Of a stretch of DNA of 64,000 bases, positions 48,401-57,431 are shown in pieces (position 1 is the first letter of the stretch; the number at the start of each line of letters is the position of its first letter). The notes under the pieces were generated by a model. It did not search any database. It was given only the letters and a program-made list of their open reading frames with translations, and had not been told where the DNA came from. The translations under genes were made by a program, and so were the position numbers. This DNA is from Candidatus Aenigmatarchaeota archaeon (GTDB taxonomy: Archaea; Aenigmatarchaeota; Aenigmatarchaeia; CG10238-14; SpSt-28), in the NCBI GenBank assembly GCA_032249395.1, contig JAVVFY010000001.1, positions 825-64,824 on the forward strand. Direction: 5' to 3'.

Positions 48401-49714
48401 GCCTCAATTCCTTATTATAGGGCTGAAGATATTAAGCTTATTCTAAACAATCAATCACTAGGAGACTTTAAAGTTCAGTCGCTTTTTGTTCCTTTAACTT
48501 TAAAGAAAGGATTGAACAAGTTGGAATTATATTCTGATAAATGCGAAATTCCGGCTCATCTAGAAAATAACTCTAAAGACTTTAGGTGTTTAAGTTTTTT
48601 CGTAAGAAATATTAGTTTGATTGATTTAGATGAGTTGAAAGAAATAGTACATTTTGGTAGCGGATGGTACGAAAAAGAAGAAATCGGAAGATGGATGTCT
48701 TCTTCTTCAATGATTTATTTAATAAAGCAGATGGACTACACTAAACTTTCTTTAGAGCTTGAAAGTTTTAGACAACCAAGAAAACTCCATATTGAAGTTG
48801 ATGGAAAATCTTACGTTTTCAATATTCCAGCTGAAAAATCGCAAAAAATTTCTTTAATTTTGTCGCCATCAAACATAACAAAAATTAAGCTAGAAACTTA
48901 TCCAGCATGTGAGGTGCCTAGCAAAAACGATAATAGATGTTTAAGCCTATTTCTAAGAAACCTTAGTCTAGAGAATTTGAAAAATATAGAATATTTCAAT
49001 TTCTTTGACGAAGAAAAATATAACGAAATCAAATTTAGATGGTTTTCCACGAATTCAAAAGTCTATGTTTTGAGCAACGAAACTAATCTATTTCTAATTA
49101 AGTTTAATGTCTGGACACTACCAGCTCAAAAAAGAATTTTGAAAATCTATGTTAATGGGATGAAGATAAACGAATACAATGTTAACGAGACAATAGCATC
49201 AATTCATTTGCCAGTAGTTTTAAGAAAAGGTGTAAACGAAATTATTTTCCTTGTAGATGCATGTGGATATGTTGCTAAAGATATACGTTGCTTAGGAGCG
49301 GCTATTTCTGAAATTCAAAAAGAAGAAATTGATATAAAAAATATAGAAAAAATCGCTAAAGGATTTTATGGTCTAGAAAGTGCTTATGGTAGCTACTTTA
49401 GATGGATGAGCAACGAAGGAGAAATTCGTCTATTCTCTCCTCAAAATTCAAGTGTGAAGTTATACGTAAAAGTCGGCTGGACATACTTTTCTGATAGGAA
49501 TTTGAATATAACATTAGATGATAAATTGATTTTTTCCGAAAAGATTGCTAAAAGTGGAATGGAATTTCCAATAATATTGGATTTAGTAGAAGGGTGGAAT
49601 AAGATAAAGTTTACTTCAAGTTGTGATCTTCCAGCAAGTTTAGAATTTAGTGAGGATAAAAGATGTCTGAGTTTAGCTTTTACGAGTTTAAGCTTTTTAC
49701 CTTCTAGCTCTTAA
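45461..49714 (+). CDS. Giant membrane protein: N-terminal GT-C-type polytopic glycosyltransferase domain plus seven C-terminal RCLS repeat domains
   Basis: 1417 aa. Residues ~1-560 contain more than 12 TM helices, with WNEDTRLL after TM1 and YYSDKAPG. Residues 569-1417 contain seven ~115-aa repeats. Confidence 0.8.
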   Translation: MGFLKVEELKIFLTFFILYSLFIHWVGWNEDTRLLTAISIIEKNTFDINTYANFTGDRILVNGKYYSDKAPGISLFLSSIYFIFKTYFGEQFGTNKYVLVPQPQFNTTVYFIYDNIEKSVLMTMIFGVILLSSLVGALSVVLFRRILLLYFSKKTSLLLSIVFELSLVFPYSTVLMGASFSLFLLLLSFYILQKDYKQKYVIGGILLGLSFLIDYTSILVAVPLIFFIWNKTSIIERIKFFLSFALGVLSLFIYSFSIFNNPIGFFIYYNFIDPSIYPCTYGKKYFEFCPEPLLLSLKSLPDISVEWILKILHLLIFPYRGIIFYNPFLIFFIVSLFFVFKRNKQIFYLSFFTFLLSVLSISLHGYWFGGSSFGPRYLVNSLPLMVIPIGYLLEDEKFKRSKILIGLFSLSILISTFHTFLSTAANWEGVIVVFTKTSAYLYADWYEKSFFAKKFRELNPLYQHYLPAFLDNGPRSRILEFLLAGEIPDIRDFKVMPKKEIKLFTLENFGILTLRIPFVVIPILLSILLLIWHKELSSFKVLNLRLDILLLLIIIIISLSRIEFKYLAFGKGWLPQGTNETAIWSSKNGEIYIFSPIERDVIINISVVNYRGKTLELYMNENIIGSYVSPENIVETVKFKKGENKLLLLSKEDCEIPLYVENQLICSNLLECMKLNTTPFNLSFDARCLSFGVKNISVIPLETLLTGDIKVVYGSGFYTPEKYGRWMSNNSVLYIYFPQTRIAFLNISFDGYQNVNVSAFLNNKFIGRFYAQTFFEKVVLKKGINELKFISDSCVVPAYISNGSNDYRCLTKVLRNITIVYENDLKPGIYFGSNWYDDYWMSMNASFYIYSDKYENVFLNVSLSTYKNITFVLLLNKKRIGEFQGYRVFEPIELNKGLNRLTIISNDCYIPAFEEKNSSDLRCLSLAVKNISLIDMAKLRKPGVYFGSGWYDEEKYGGRWASKKSTLYIYSDEEKTVFFSASIPYYRAEDIKLILNNQSLGDFKVQSLFVPLTLKKGLNKLELYSDKCEIPAHLENNSKDFRCLSFFVRNISLIDLDELKEIVHFGSGWYEKEEIGRWMSSSSMIYLIKQMDYTKLSLELESFRQPRKLHIEVDGKSYVFNIPAEKSQKISLILSPSNITKIKLETYPACEVPSKNDNRCLSLFLRNLSLENLKNIEYFNFFDEEKYNEIKFRWFSTNSKVYVLSNETNLFLIKFNVWTLPAQKRILKIYVNGMKINEYNVNETIASIHLPVVLRKGVNEIIFLVDACGYVAKDIRCLGAAISEIQKEEIDIKNIEKIAKGFYGLESAYGSYFRWMSNEGEIRLFSPQNSSVKLYVKVGWTYFSDRNLNITLDDKLIFSEKIAKSGMEFPIILDLVEGWNKIKFTSSCDLPASLEFSEDKRCLSLAFTSLSFLPSSS
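47165..49711 (+). repeat. Seven tandem protein-level repeats (~114-144 aa each) of an unrecognised domain
   Basis: Repeat starts are at 47165, 47597, 47951, 48296, 48653, 48995 and 49361. Consensus: [FY]GSG[WF]Y..E....RWMS....LYIY...(~25 aa)...LN...IG.F.....F..L.L.KG.N.L...S..C.IPA.....S.D.RCLS..V.NISLI. The copies are diverged at DNA level. Confidence 0.8.
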
Positions 49715-49896
49715 ACCTTCCAAGCTAGTATTATGATTGAAATATAAACTATAGTAGATCCAACGATTAGAACTAGATTTCCATAAGGTATATGTTTACC
49801 AACTAGAAATATTCCTAAGCTTAAAATAAAAATCCCAATAACTAAAGCCATCGTTAAAACATTAATAAGATTTTCTTTTCCTTTATCTTTTTTCAT
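49711..49896 (-). CDS. Small two-TM membrane protein, unknown function
   Basis: 61-aa ORF with two hydrophobic helices; weak support. Confidence 0.3.
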   Translation of the reverse strand: MKKDKGKENLINVLTMALVIGIFILSLGIFLVGKHIPYGNLVLIVGSTIVYISIIILAWKV

Positions 49897-49973
49897 TCAA
49901 AAATTTTATTTTTTAATAAAAAATTCTAAAGTTTTGTTAAAAACTTAAATAGCTTTCTTACCTTAATCAATTA

Positions 49974-51974
49974 ATGAATAGAAGAGACTTATTTAAGTTT
50001 TTATTTGGAGTGGGTTTGGGTGTTGCGGCAGCAGAAACTTATGAAAGACTTTATAATATTCCAGCGTTAGAGAGAGCATTTAGAAAGGAAATTGAATATT
50101 GGTGGAGTCAATATTTGGATGCAAAAAGAAAAACAGAAGAATTATCAAGCAAATTGAAAACAAAAGAAGAAGAAATAGATACTCTTCAAAAAGATGTAAG
50201 TTATTGGAAGAGCCAATACTATGTAGTGCAGGATGAAGTTAATAAATTAAATACGAAAGTGGATGAATTGTCAAGCAAATTGAAAGAGTCCAATGAAAAG
50301 ATTGATAGCCTAGAGAAAGAATTAGACAATTGGAAAAGTAAATATGAAAGTACAAAAGAAGAGGCTGATGGGCTAAAATCAATTATTGGAAGCATGGATG
50401 AATTGGAAAGAGAGTCAGTTGATGCAATTTCCTATTATAGAGAAAAAATGAATGAAGCAATATATAATTTGAGAAGAACGATTGAGAAATACAGAGCAAT
50501 ACTTGGCGATGATAGAGTTGCCTTCGAATCTTCTACAGTGAAAATATTAGAAGATTTGAAATTAACTCAGGAAAAATTGCAAAAAGTTTTGCCTTATTTT
50601 CCATTGATATTAAACTTCGCTTGGAAGCCAACAAAGGTAATTAACGATAAAATATACGATATAAACGTTAGCTTTGAGGTTATTTCTCCTTTGAATAGTT
50701 TGAGAGAAGTTGAGGTTATGCTTATTCCTGAAGAATACAGATATTTTATAACTACGTATGGAATGAGAGAAGAAGATTATGATAAAGTTTTTCCAAAGGA
50801 GGAAGTAAGAAGTATTAAAATTAAACCAAGAAATCTTGAAAGAGAAATGTTTAGCGTTGATTTTGAAGATTTGAAAGGGGGAAGAGAGTACATCATTAAA
50901 GCAAGAGTTGAGGATGTTGCTGGGAATAAAAAAATGGTAGAAGTGAAAACACCTTATATAAGACAGTTTGAAAACATTGCTAAGACAGATGACATTTTGG
51001 TAATAGTTCCTTACTATCTTTGGTATAGACCTGATCTTAGTAACTGGAAAGATGGGCATAAATATACATCACTACTTGGTGAATACCGTTCAGACGACTC
51101 AATAGTACATTCTAAACATATAGATTGGGCAACTGGTTATGGAATAGACGTATTTATTGTTTCATGGGATGGTTATAATTCTAACAAAGACATTCAGTAT
51201 TTTAATAATAATCTAAAGCTACTTTTTAGAAATGAGTTATCAAAAGATATTAAAATAGCAATATTATATGAAGGTTTGAAATTTAAAACAACAGGAAATC
51301 CACAAAAGCCTTGGGAAAGAGACATTTCTGATCCTCATAATTTAGAGATATTACTATCGGATTTCAAATACTTAGCAGATAATTATTTCAATGACGAAAA
51401 TTATTTTAGAATAGAGGGAAAGCCTGTTGTATATGTTTATGGTTCTGCTACATATATAAATACAAAAGATGCTCTTGAAAAACTACAAGAAATCATGAGA
51501 GAAAAAATTGGAAAGAAGGTTTTTTTAATTTCCGATCATGTTACTCCTCATTTTTTTCCCGGGCAGAAACCTGAATGGGAAAGAGAAGCTAGATCATTTG
51601 AAGGTACTACTTCTTGGCTAGGTGGATATTCTCCTTCAGGTGAATATCTAGGTGGCAGTTATGAGGTACAGATAGATAAAATGTATTCGGAATGGTTTAA
51701 ATGGACTTTAGAAAATAAAAAGCTACATGTGCCATCAACAACGCCTGAATTTGATAATCGATATGTTAAATGGGGTAATCCTACCTCCATACCTTTAGAG
51801 AGGTCTCCTGAGAACTTCAGGAAAAGATTAGAAATTATTTTGAAATATACTAATTACCCTAGAGTAATATCTCTAGGTACGTGGAATGATTTTTTTGAAA
51901 GTACAACATTAGAGCCAACTAGGGAATACGAATTCACGTATCTTAAAATAATTAGGGAGATAATAGGTTTATGA
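49974..51974 (+). CDS. Tat-signal protein with a coiled-coil stalk and a GH99-like glycoside hydrolase domain
   Basis: MNRRDLFKFLFGVGLGVAAA is a twin-arginine motif. The coiled coil has duplicated ELSSKLK..E.ID.L.K....WKS.Y units. The C-terminus has PYYLWYRPD...LLGEYRSDDSIVHSKHIDWATGYGIDVFIVSWDG...GKPVVYVYGS...ISLGTWNDFFESTTLEP, collinear with the endo-alpha-mannosidase (GH99) motifs FYYxWYG / LGxYSSxD...SWY / SFNEWHEGTQIE. Confidence 0.6.
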   Translation: MNRRDLFKFLFGVGLGVAAAETYERLYNIPALERAFRKEIEYWWSQYLDAKRKTEELSSKLKTKEEEIDTLQKDVSYWKSQYYVVQDEVNKLNTKVDELSSKLKESNEKIDSLEKELDNWKSKYESTKEEADGLKSIIGSMDELERESVDAISYYREKMNEAIYNLRRTIEKYRAILGDDRVAFESSTVKILEDLKLTQEKLQKVLPYFPLILNFAWKPTKVINDKIYDINVSFEVISPLNSLREVEVMLIPEEYRYFITTYGMREEDYDKVFPKEEVRSIKIKPRNLEREMFSVDFEDLKGGREYIIKARVEDVAGNKKMVEVKTPYIRQFENIAKTDDILVIVPYYLWYRPDLSNWKDGHKYTSLLGEYRSDDSIVHSKHIDWATGYGIDVFIVSWDGYNSNKDIQYFNNNLKLLFRNELSKDIKIAILYEGLKFKTTGNPQKPWERDISDPHNLEILLSDFKYLADNYFNDENYFRIEGKPVVYVYGSATYINTKDALEKLQEIMREKIGKKVFLISDHVTPHFFPGQKPEWEREARSFEGTTSWLGGYSPSGEYLGGSYEVQIDKMYSEWFKWTLENKKLHVPSTTPEFDNRYVKWGNPTSIPLERSPENFRKRLEIILKYTNYPRVISLGTWNDFFESTTLEPTREYEFTYLKIIREIIGL

Positions 51975-53617
51975 ATCTTCATGGCAACATAAATATATTT
52001 ATTAATGAGAAAATGATTTACTGCATATTAGCTTTTTCTCTTATTATTAGAATTCTAAAATTAGAAGAAATACCCCCAGGATTTTATGTTGATGAGGTTG
52101 TTTTCGGTTATGATGCTTATTCATTAATTACAACAGGAAGAGATAGTGATGGAAACTTACTTCCTATCTATTTCAGGCATTTAGGAACTTACGTAGACCC
52201 TATTTATGTTTATTCTATAATTCCATTAATACTTCTGTTTGGAAATACTATTTTTTCAGTAAGATTTACTTCTGTTCTTTATGGTGTTATGTCAATTTTT
52301 ACTACCTATCTTTTTGTCAAAGAGGCTTTCAACAAAAAATTAGCTCTATTAACTTCACTCTTTCTTGCTTTATCACCTTGGCATTTTTTCTTTAGTAGGG
52401 TTGGTTTCCAATGTATTTCTTTTACATTTTATTTTACCTTGAGTTTATACTTTTTGCTGAAAAGTTTACAAAATAAGCCGCGATTCCTTTATCTAGGTTT
52501 TATTATTCTTGGGATTTCCATTTACACTTATTTCGTTTCTAGGCTTTTTATTCCCTTATTTATATTAGGATTTATCTTTATCTATAGAAAAAAACTGTTA
52601 TACTTAGATGAGTTTCGCAAATATTTAATTTGGTCATTTTTTATTTTTTTCATCATAATAACACCATTTATATATAACTTAGTCTTTAATTACGAGATAA
52701 TAATGAGTAGGTTTAATCATGTATCTATATTCAGAAACGGATACGAAAGTATGAGAATTGAATTTAATCTTCCAGAAAATTTTTCCAGATATCTTTTGGT
52801 ATCATTATCTTTTGTCGAAAATTATATTTCTCATATTTCCCCAACATTCCTCTTTTTCGAAGGAGACCCCAACCCAAGACATTCTTTGAGAGAATTTGGT
52901 CAACTTTATTTGTTTCAATCTTTACCGATTCTTTTTGGTATTTTCGTTTGTATAAAAGAAAGAAGAGAAATACATAAGCTTCTAATATTTTGGCTTGCCA
53001 TTTATAGCATTCCCGCATCTTTAACATATGAAGGAATACCTCATGCAGTTAGAACTATAACGGCACTACCTTTATTTGAAATTTTTACTAGTATTGGTCT
53101 GAGCTACATGTTTACTGCTATTAATAAGGACAAAAGTTTTGCTTTGCTTCTTTTGATAAATTCTATTTTATTATCATATAATGTTATAAAATTCTTTAAT
53201 CATTATTTTAGTATTTATTCAGTCTATGCATATCCCTATTGGAATACTAAGTTTAATGAGGTTGTAATATTTTTAGAAAATGTTAAAAATAGTTACAGAA
53301 ACGTTTTTGTTGAAGAGACATGTTTAAGTTATCCTCAATATTATATAGCTTACTTTTTGAGGATTCATCCGATCGAATTTCAATTTAATAAAAAAGTAGA
53401 GGAGGTGACACGGATCGACAATTATGTTATCGTAAAAAAGATACCGGAAAGTTTTTGTGAACAATCACCCGATTCCATCTACGTAACATGTGCTAATTTT
53501 GTTTATTCCTCTAGTATGTTTGGTAAGGCACTTAAAATATTTTTAAATCCTGACGAATCAATAGGTTTTATAATTTTTGATTGCAAATCTTTGGTTGTAT
53601 CATCCTCTCTCGCTTAG
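51971..53617 (+). CDS. Polytopic membrane glycosyltransferase, GT-C (PMT_2/ArnT-like)
   Basis: IPPGFYVDEVVFGYDAYSL after TM1 (acidic loop motif), then about 12 TM helices and a C-terminal soluble domain. The start overlaps the upstream stop (ATGA). Confidence 0.65.
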   Translation: MNLHGNINIFINEKMIYCILAFSLIIRILKLEEIPPGFYVDEVVFGYDAYSLITTGRDSDGNLLPIYFRHLGTYVDPIYVYSIIPLILLFGNTIFSVRFTSVLYGVMSIFTTYLFVKEAFNKKLALLTSLFLALSPWHFFFSRVGFQCISFTFYFTLSLYFLLKSLQNKPRFLYLGFIILGISIYTYFVSRLFIPLFILGFIFIYRKKLLYLDEFRKYLIWSFFIFFIIITPFIYNLVFNYEIIMSRFNHVSIFRNGYESMRIEFNLPENFSRYLLVSLSFVENYISHISPTFLFFEGDPNPRHSLREFGQLYLFQSLPILFGIFVCIKERREIHKLLIFWLAIYSIPASLTYEGIPHAVRTITALPLFEIFTSIGLSYMFTAINKDKSFALLLLINSILLSYNVIKFFNHYFSIYSVYAYPYWNTKFNEVVIFLENVKNSYRNVFVEETCLSYPQYYIAYFLRIHPIEFQFNKKVEEVTRIDNYVIVKKIPESFCEQSPDSIYVTCANFVYSSSMFGKALKIFLNPDESIGFIIFDCKSLVVSSSLA

Positions 53618-53618
53618 T

Positions 53619-55430
53619 TCAAATTCTAAGTTTTATAATAATGTAGTAATTATCTTCCCATATAACTTCTTTTATTTCTGGAGGAATAATTTTTATAATT
53701 TCTTCAAAAGTGGTTGCGAATGCTTCACCTCTCAAGAATTTATAATGGATTATATATCTCGTGTTCTGTTCTTTTAAAAATTTTAATAATCCTTCTACAT
53801 CCTTATTACGAATGAACTCTTTTAGCATAACTAGGGAATAAATACTTTCTGTATCTCTCCGTGAAATATAACCGTCTAATATCTTTTTTTCATGTATGGT
53901 TTGTAAATACATAGAAAACGAGTTTGCCCATTCTGGAGGGATATTTAGAATCGTGATATTCTCTTTATCACTTTTAATAGTGTAAATCACAGATGGAGGT
54001 GGTAAATCAAAGGTAATAAAGAAAAAATTCTGAGGAAAAGTTTCTACATAAGAAGCAACCATAAGTAAAGGAATAAACAAAGTAAACTTTCTATCTTTTT
54101 TTATTAGTTTGTTTAAAAGAATCATGAAAATAATTATTAAGCTTAATAACACAACAATAGAAAATCTCGTTGAAACACGGATATAAGGAAATATTTTATG
54201 ATACATTTTAAATACTAAATTTTCTCTGTTTAATATCTCCGGTCCAGATGAAAGTACGAAAAAAATAATTGATACTAGAAAAAATAAAAATAATAATTCT
54301 TTCTCTCTTTTACTTAAGTAAACTCTTTTGAACATTAACAAACTAGTAACTATCAAAAGCGGAAATGTTAATGACCAAGGTAAGGATATAATGCTATCTG
54401 CATAAGAGAATAAATTTCCAGGTTTTAAATGATATGATGGATTCAGATTTATATAGTAGTTATACTTACCAAATAAGGAAAAAGGAGAAAAAGAAAGATA
54501 ATTAATAAGAGATGATAGATGTAAAACATCTTTTAGTTCAATGATACAACTTTCACATCTTTTATTACTAAACTCGAACATTATAAAGATGAGTTTAGAT
54601 AAAGATATTAAAAAAAATATGAGTGTTGCCAATATAACCATGAAGCTTACTATATCATGTTTTTTAATTACAAAAAATAGCATGAAAATAAAAGTTATGA
54701 TTAGGGTGAAAGAAAAGTAATACAAATCAGTAAAAAATACTAAAACGTAAAAGATAAAAAGAGAAAACATAAGATAAAATAATTTTAAGATTTTTTCTTT
54801 TCTTTCTAATAGTTTCAATAGTAAGAAAATGAGGATAGGAAATACAAAAATGGCTGTGAGATTTAGCTGACCTATAATCTTGGCGTACATATAATTAGAA
54901 AAACCGAAATAAATGCCTCCAAGAAATGATAGTAATAAATTTTTAGTTATATACTTAACTAGGAAAAAAACTGAATAAGAAGCAACTATAACTGAAGCTA
55001 AAATAAGAATATTATAAATCAAAATTAAATTACTAGTAAAGTTTTGAAGTAAAAATGCTATTAATGAATAAGTAAGTGTTAATGTGTGCGCGTATAAGTA
55101 TGTTCCCTTGGGGTAAAATAAATAGTCTGTATAAAAAACATCTCTTCCTTCTAAAATAGCTTTCTTTATCCACCAGAAATTCCATAAAAATTGATAACCG
55201 TCTCCCCCATCTCCAATTAAAACTCTATCAATCCCAAGTATAAATAACTTGTGAAAAGCAAGAATTGTTAGCAAAGTATAAAGTTCTAGAACTATTATAT
55301 GTTCTAGAACAGAATCTACATTAATCTTTATATGAATTCTTTTCTTTAAGAAGTGAAATATATAAGAAAATTTAGAAGGCAAAACATAAATCATTTTTTT
55401 AACATTATTCTCATTATTTTCCTTTTCCAT
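53619..55430 (-). CDS. Polytopic membrane protein, possible GT-C-like transferase
   Basis: 603 aa with more than 12 TM helices. The first loop has LIGDGGDGYQFLWNFWW...YTDYLFYPKG, and there is a C-terminal soluble domain. Confidence 0.5.
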   Translation of the reverse strand: MEKENNENNVKKMIYVLPSKFSYIFHFLKKRIHIKINVDSVLEHIIVLELYTLLTILAFHKLFILGIDRVLIGDGGDGYQFLWNFWWIKKAILEGRDVFYTDYLFYPKGTYLYAHTLTLTYSLIAFLLQNFTSNLILIYNILILASVIVASYSVFFLVKYITKNLLLSFLGGIYFGFSNYMYAKIIGQLNLTAIFVFPILIFLLLKLLERKEKILKLFYLMFSLFIFYVLVFFTDLYYFSFTLIITFIFMLFFVIKKHDIVSFMVILATLIFFLISLSKLIFIMFEFSNKRCESCIIELKDVLHLSSLINYLSFSPFSLFGKYNYYINLNPSYHLKPGNLFSYADSIISLPWSLTFPLLIVTSLLMFKRVYLSKREKELLFLFFLVSIIFFVLSSGPEILNRENLVFKMYHKIFPYIRVSTRFSIVVLLSLIIIFMILLNKLIKKDRKFTLFIPLLMVASYVETFPQNFFFITFDLPPPSVIYTIKSDKENITILNIPPEWANSFSMYLQTIHEKKILDGYISRRDTESIYSLVMLKEFIRNKDVEGLLKFLKEQNTRYIIHYKFLRGEAFATTFEEIIKIIPPEIKEVIWEDNYYIIIKLRI

Positions 55431-55688
55431 ATTTTAATAATAAGTCCGGAAATTTTAATCTATCTTAACGTTATTGTATTTTATTATTTTTACTTTTTCA
55501 CATAGACACAATATTCAACTTTCTTTCTTATATGCAAATTGAAAGACAGGATAGGGAAAAAAACAAGCTTTAACTTTTGTAGTAAAGTTGAAATAGTCGA
55601 TTTATCTACTTATTCGCCATTATCTAGTTGACTGCTCAAATTTTAACCTTTAAGAAAAGCTTTTAAACATAAGGAAAAAAATTACATA

Positions 55689-56426
55689 ATGAATAGGAAT
55701 AAGTTACTTATAATCGCCTTTTTGCTATTCTTTGTAATTATTGGTATTGTATTTTTCCTTACAGAAACTTCTAAAATAAAAACAGTACATCCTAACCTAA
55801 TAGCTTGGTATAAATTTGATGAAGGGAAAGGCACTAAAGTAAGGGACTACTCTGGATATAGAAATGATGGAGCTATTTATGGAGGTGCTTCTTGGGTTAA
55901 AGATACACCATTTGGTACCGGATACGCTTTGTATTTTAATGGAATAGATGCTATGGTACAAATTCCTGATAACCCTATACTTAATAATTTAGAAGAGATA
56001 ACCGTTACTGTATGGATTAAAGCTGAAGATTTGCAATATGGCGCTTCCATTGTTGATAAAGGTTGGTATAACCCTAGAATATGGTATGATTCTCCTTTCA
56101 ACAGATTTATGTTCCAATTGAGAGATATTCAAGAAGAGAGAGGTTTTGGTTGGTCTGACGACTCTTTTTCTAAATGCTATAAAAAATGGTGTTTCTTGGC
56201 TGCCACTTACTCTTCTAGTGAAAACAAAGTTAGACTATACATAAATGGAGAGTTGGATAAAGAGTTTGAATGGAATGGTAAACCATTAGTTTCAAGAGCT
56301 GGAGAGTCTTTAAAAATAGGTTTTCAGGATAAATACTTCAAAGGAATTATTAGTGATTTAAGGATATACAATAAGGCTTTGAGCAACCAAGAGATACTAA
56401 ATGTCATGAGAGGTCAAATAATTTAA
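55689..56426 (+). CDS. Signal-anchored LamG (concanavalin-A-like lectin/glucanase) domain protein
   Basis: LIAWYKFDEGKGTKVRDYSGYRNDGAIYGGASWV...ALYFNGIDAMVQIPD...ITVTVWIKA...RLYINGEL...FKGIISDLRIYNKALSNQEI. Confidence 0.75.
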   Translation: MNRNKLLIIAFLLFFVIIGIVFFLTETSKIKTVHPNLIAWYKFDEGKGTKVRDYSGYRNDGAIYGGASWVKDTPFGTGYALYFNGIDAMVQIPDNPILNNLEEITVTVWIKAEDLQYGASIVDKGWYNPRIWYDSPFNRFMFQLRDIQEERGFGWSDDSFSKCYKKWCFLAATYSSSENKVRLYINGELDKEFEWNGKPLVSRAGESLKIGFQDKYFKGIISDLRIYNKALSNQEILNVMRGQII

Positions 56427-56493
56427 AAGTAATTAATTTTAGTTTTTCGAGTTTCAGTAAAATAATTTAAAGAGTTAATATAAAAACATTTTA

Positions 56494-57396
56494 ATGAAAA
56501 GACGAATGTTGAAGCAAAAATCTTTATTAACTTTATTAATATACTTTATTCCACTTCTTTTTATATTCATTTTTATTTTTAGCATTGCAGTCATTAGCTC
56601 AATCTCAAAGAATTGTGAAGAAAACGTTATTTCTTATTACATAAAGAAAAAGGAGTTTATCATTTTTGATGAAAACTTTTATGAAGAAGAAAAAGCTGAT
56701 ATAACTTATCGATGGTTATCTGGTAACGCAACAATTACTTTAGTTATACCATACGACCAGGTTATTAAACTTCATTTTATTATTTGGTCTTACAATATAC
56801 CTAGAGATGTAAAGATTTATCTTGGTGATTTTTTATTAACGGAGCTCAATCTTACGCAAAATAGAACAGAATGCTCTTCGCCCTTTATTTATTTAAAGAA
56901 GGGGGTATACAAACTAAGGTTTATTGTTTCTGGAGAATGTCAATTTCCAGCTTTAATAGAAGGCAGTGAAGATATTAGATGTTTAAGCATAGGTTTAGGG
57001 GACTTCAAAAAAGAAGAAACATATAATTTAATGTTAAAGATAGATTCTCCCGGATGGTACGATATTGAAAATTATTATGGAAAGGATATGAGATGGATGA
57101 GTGAAGTAGGTACAATAAACTTAATAAATATGGAAAAAGGTGACTTTGTTTTGGAATTTTTTGCTTTCAGTTTTTACAAAGATAGAGAAGTTAGGCTTTA
57201 CGTAGATGAAAATTTAATAAAAACTTTTAAAGTTACAACAAATGGATCGACGGAAAATATAAAAATTAGTTTAAATCCAGGCTTTCATAAAATTAGATTT
57301 GTTGCTGATGGATGCGACATTCCATCTAAACTCGGAATTAGTGATGATCCTAGATGTTTAAGCATAGCTGTAGTTAGACCGATAATTTACGAGTAG
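56494..57396 (+). CDS. Signal-anchored protein with two RCLS repeat domains (paralog of the 45461..49714 C-terminus)
   Basis: An N-terminal TM helix is followed by two repeats (starting 56665 and 57046): FYEEEKADITYRWLSGNATI...CQFPALIEGSEDIRCLSIGL and PGWYDIENYYGKDMRWMSEVGTI...CDIPSKLGISDDPRCLSIAV. Confidence 0.7.
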   Translation: MKRRMLKQKSLLTLLIYFIPLLFIFIFIFSIAVISSISKNCEENVISYYIKKKEFIIFDENFYEEEKADITYRWLSGNATITLVIPYDQVIKLHFIIWSYNIPRDVKIYLGDFLLTELNLTQNRTECSSPFIYLKKGVYKLRFIVSGECQFPALIEGSEDIRCLSIGLGDFKKEETYNLMLKIDSPGWYDIENYYGKDMRWMSEVGTINLINMEKGDFVLEFFAFSFYKDREVRLYVDENLIKTFKVTTNGSTENIKISLNPGFHKIRFVADGCDIPSKLGISDDPRCLSIAVVRPIIYE

Positions 57397-57431
57397 TTAA
57401 TTTTTAATTGTTCCATCTTAAATGTATTTAA

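Noticed and set aside
45461-49714. Diversity-generating retroelement target, or a recent DNA-level repeat expansion, in the RCLS array
   Set aside because: There is no reverse transcriptase or template repeat in the window. The repeat copies are diverged at nucleotide level at all codon positions, not just at adenine-templated sites.
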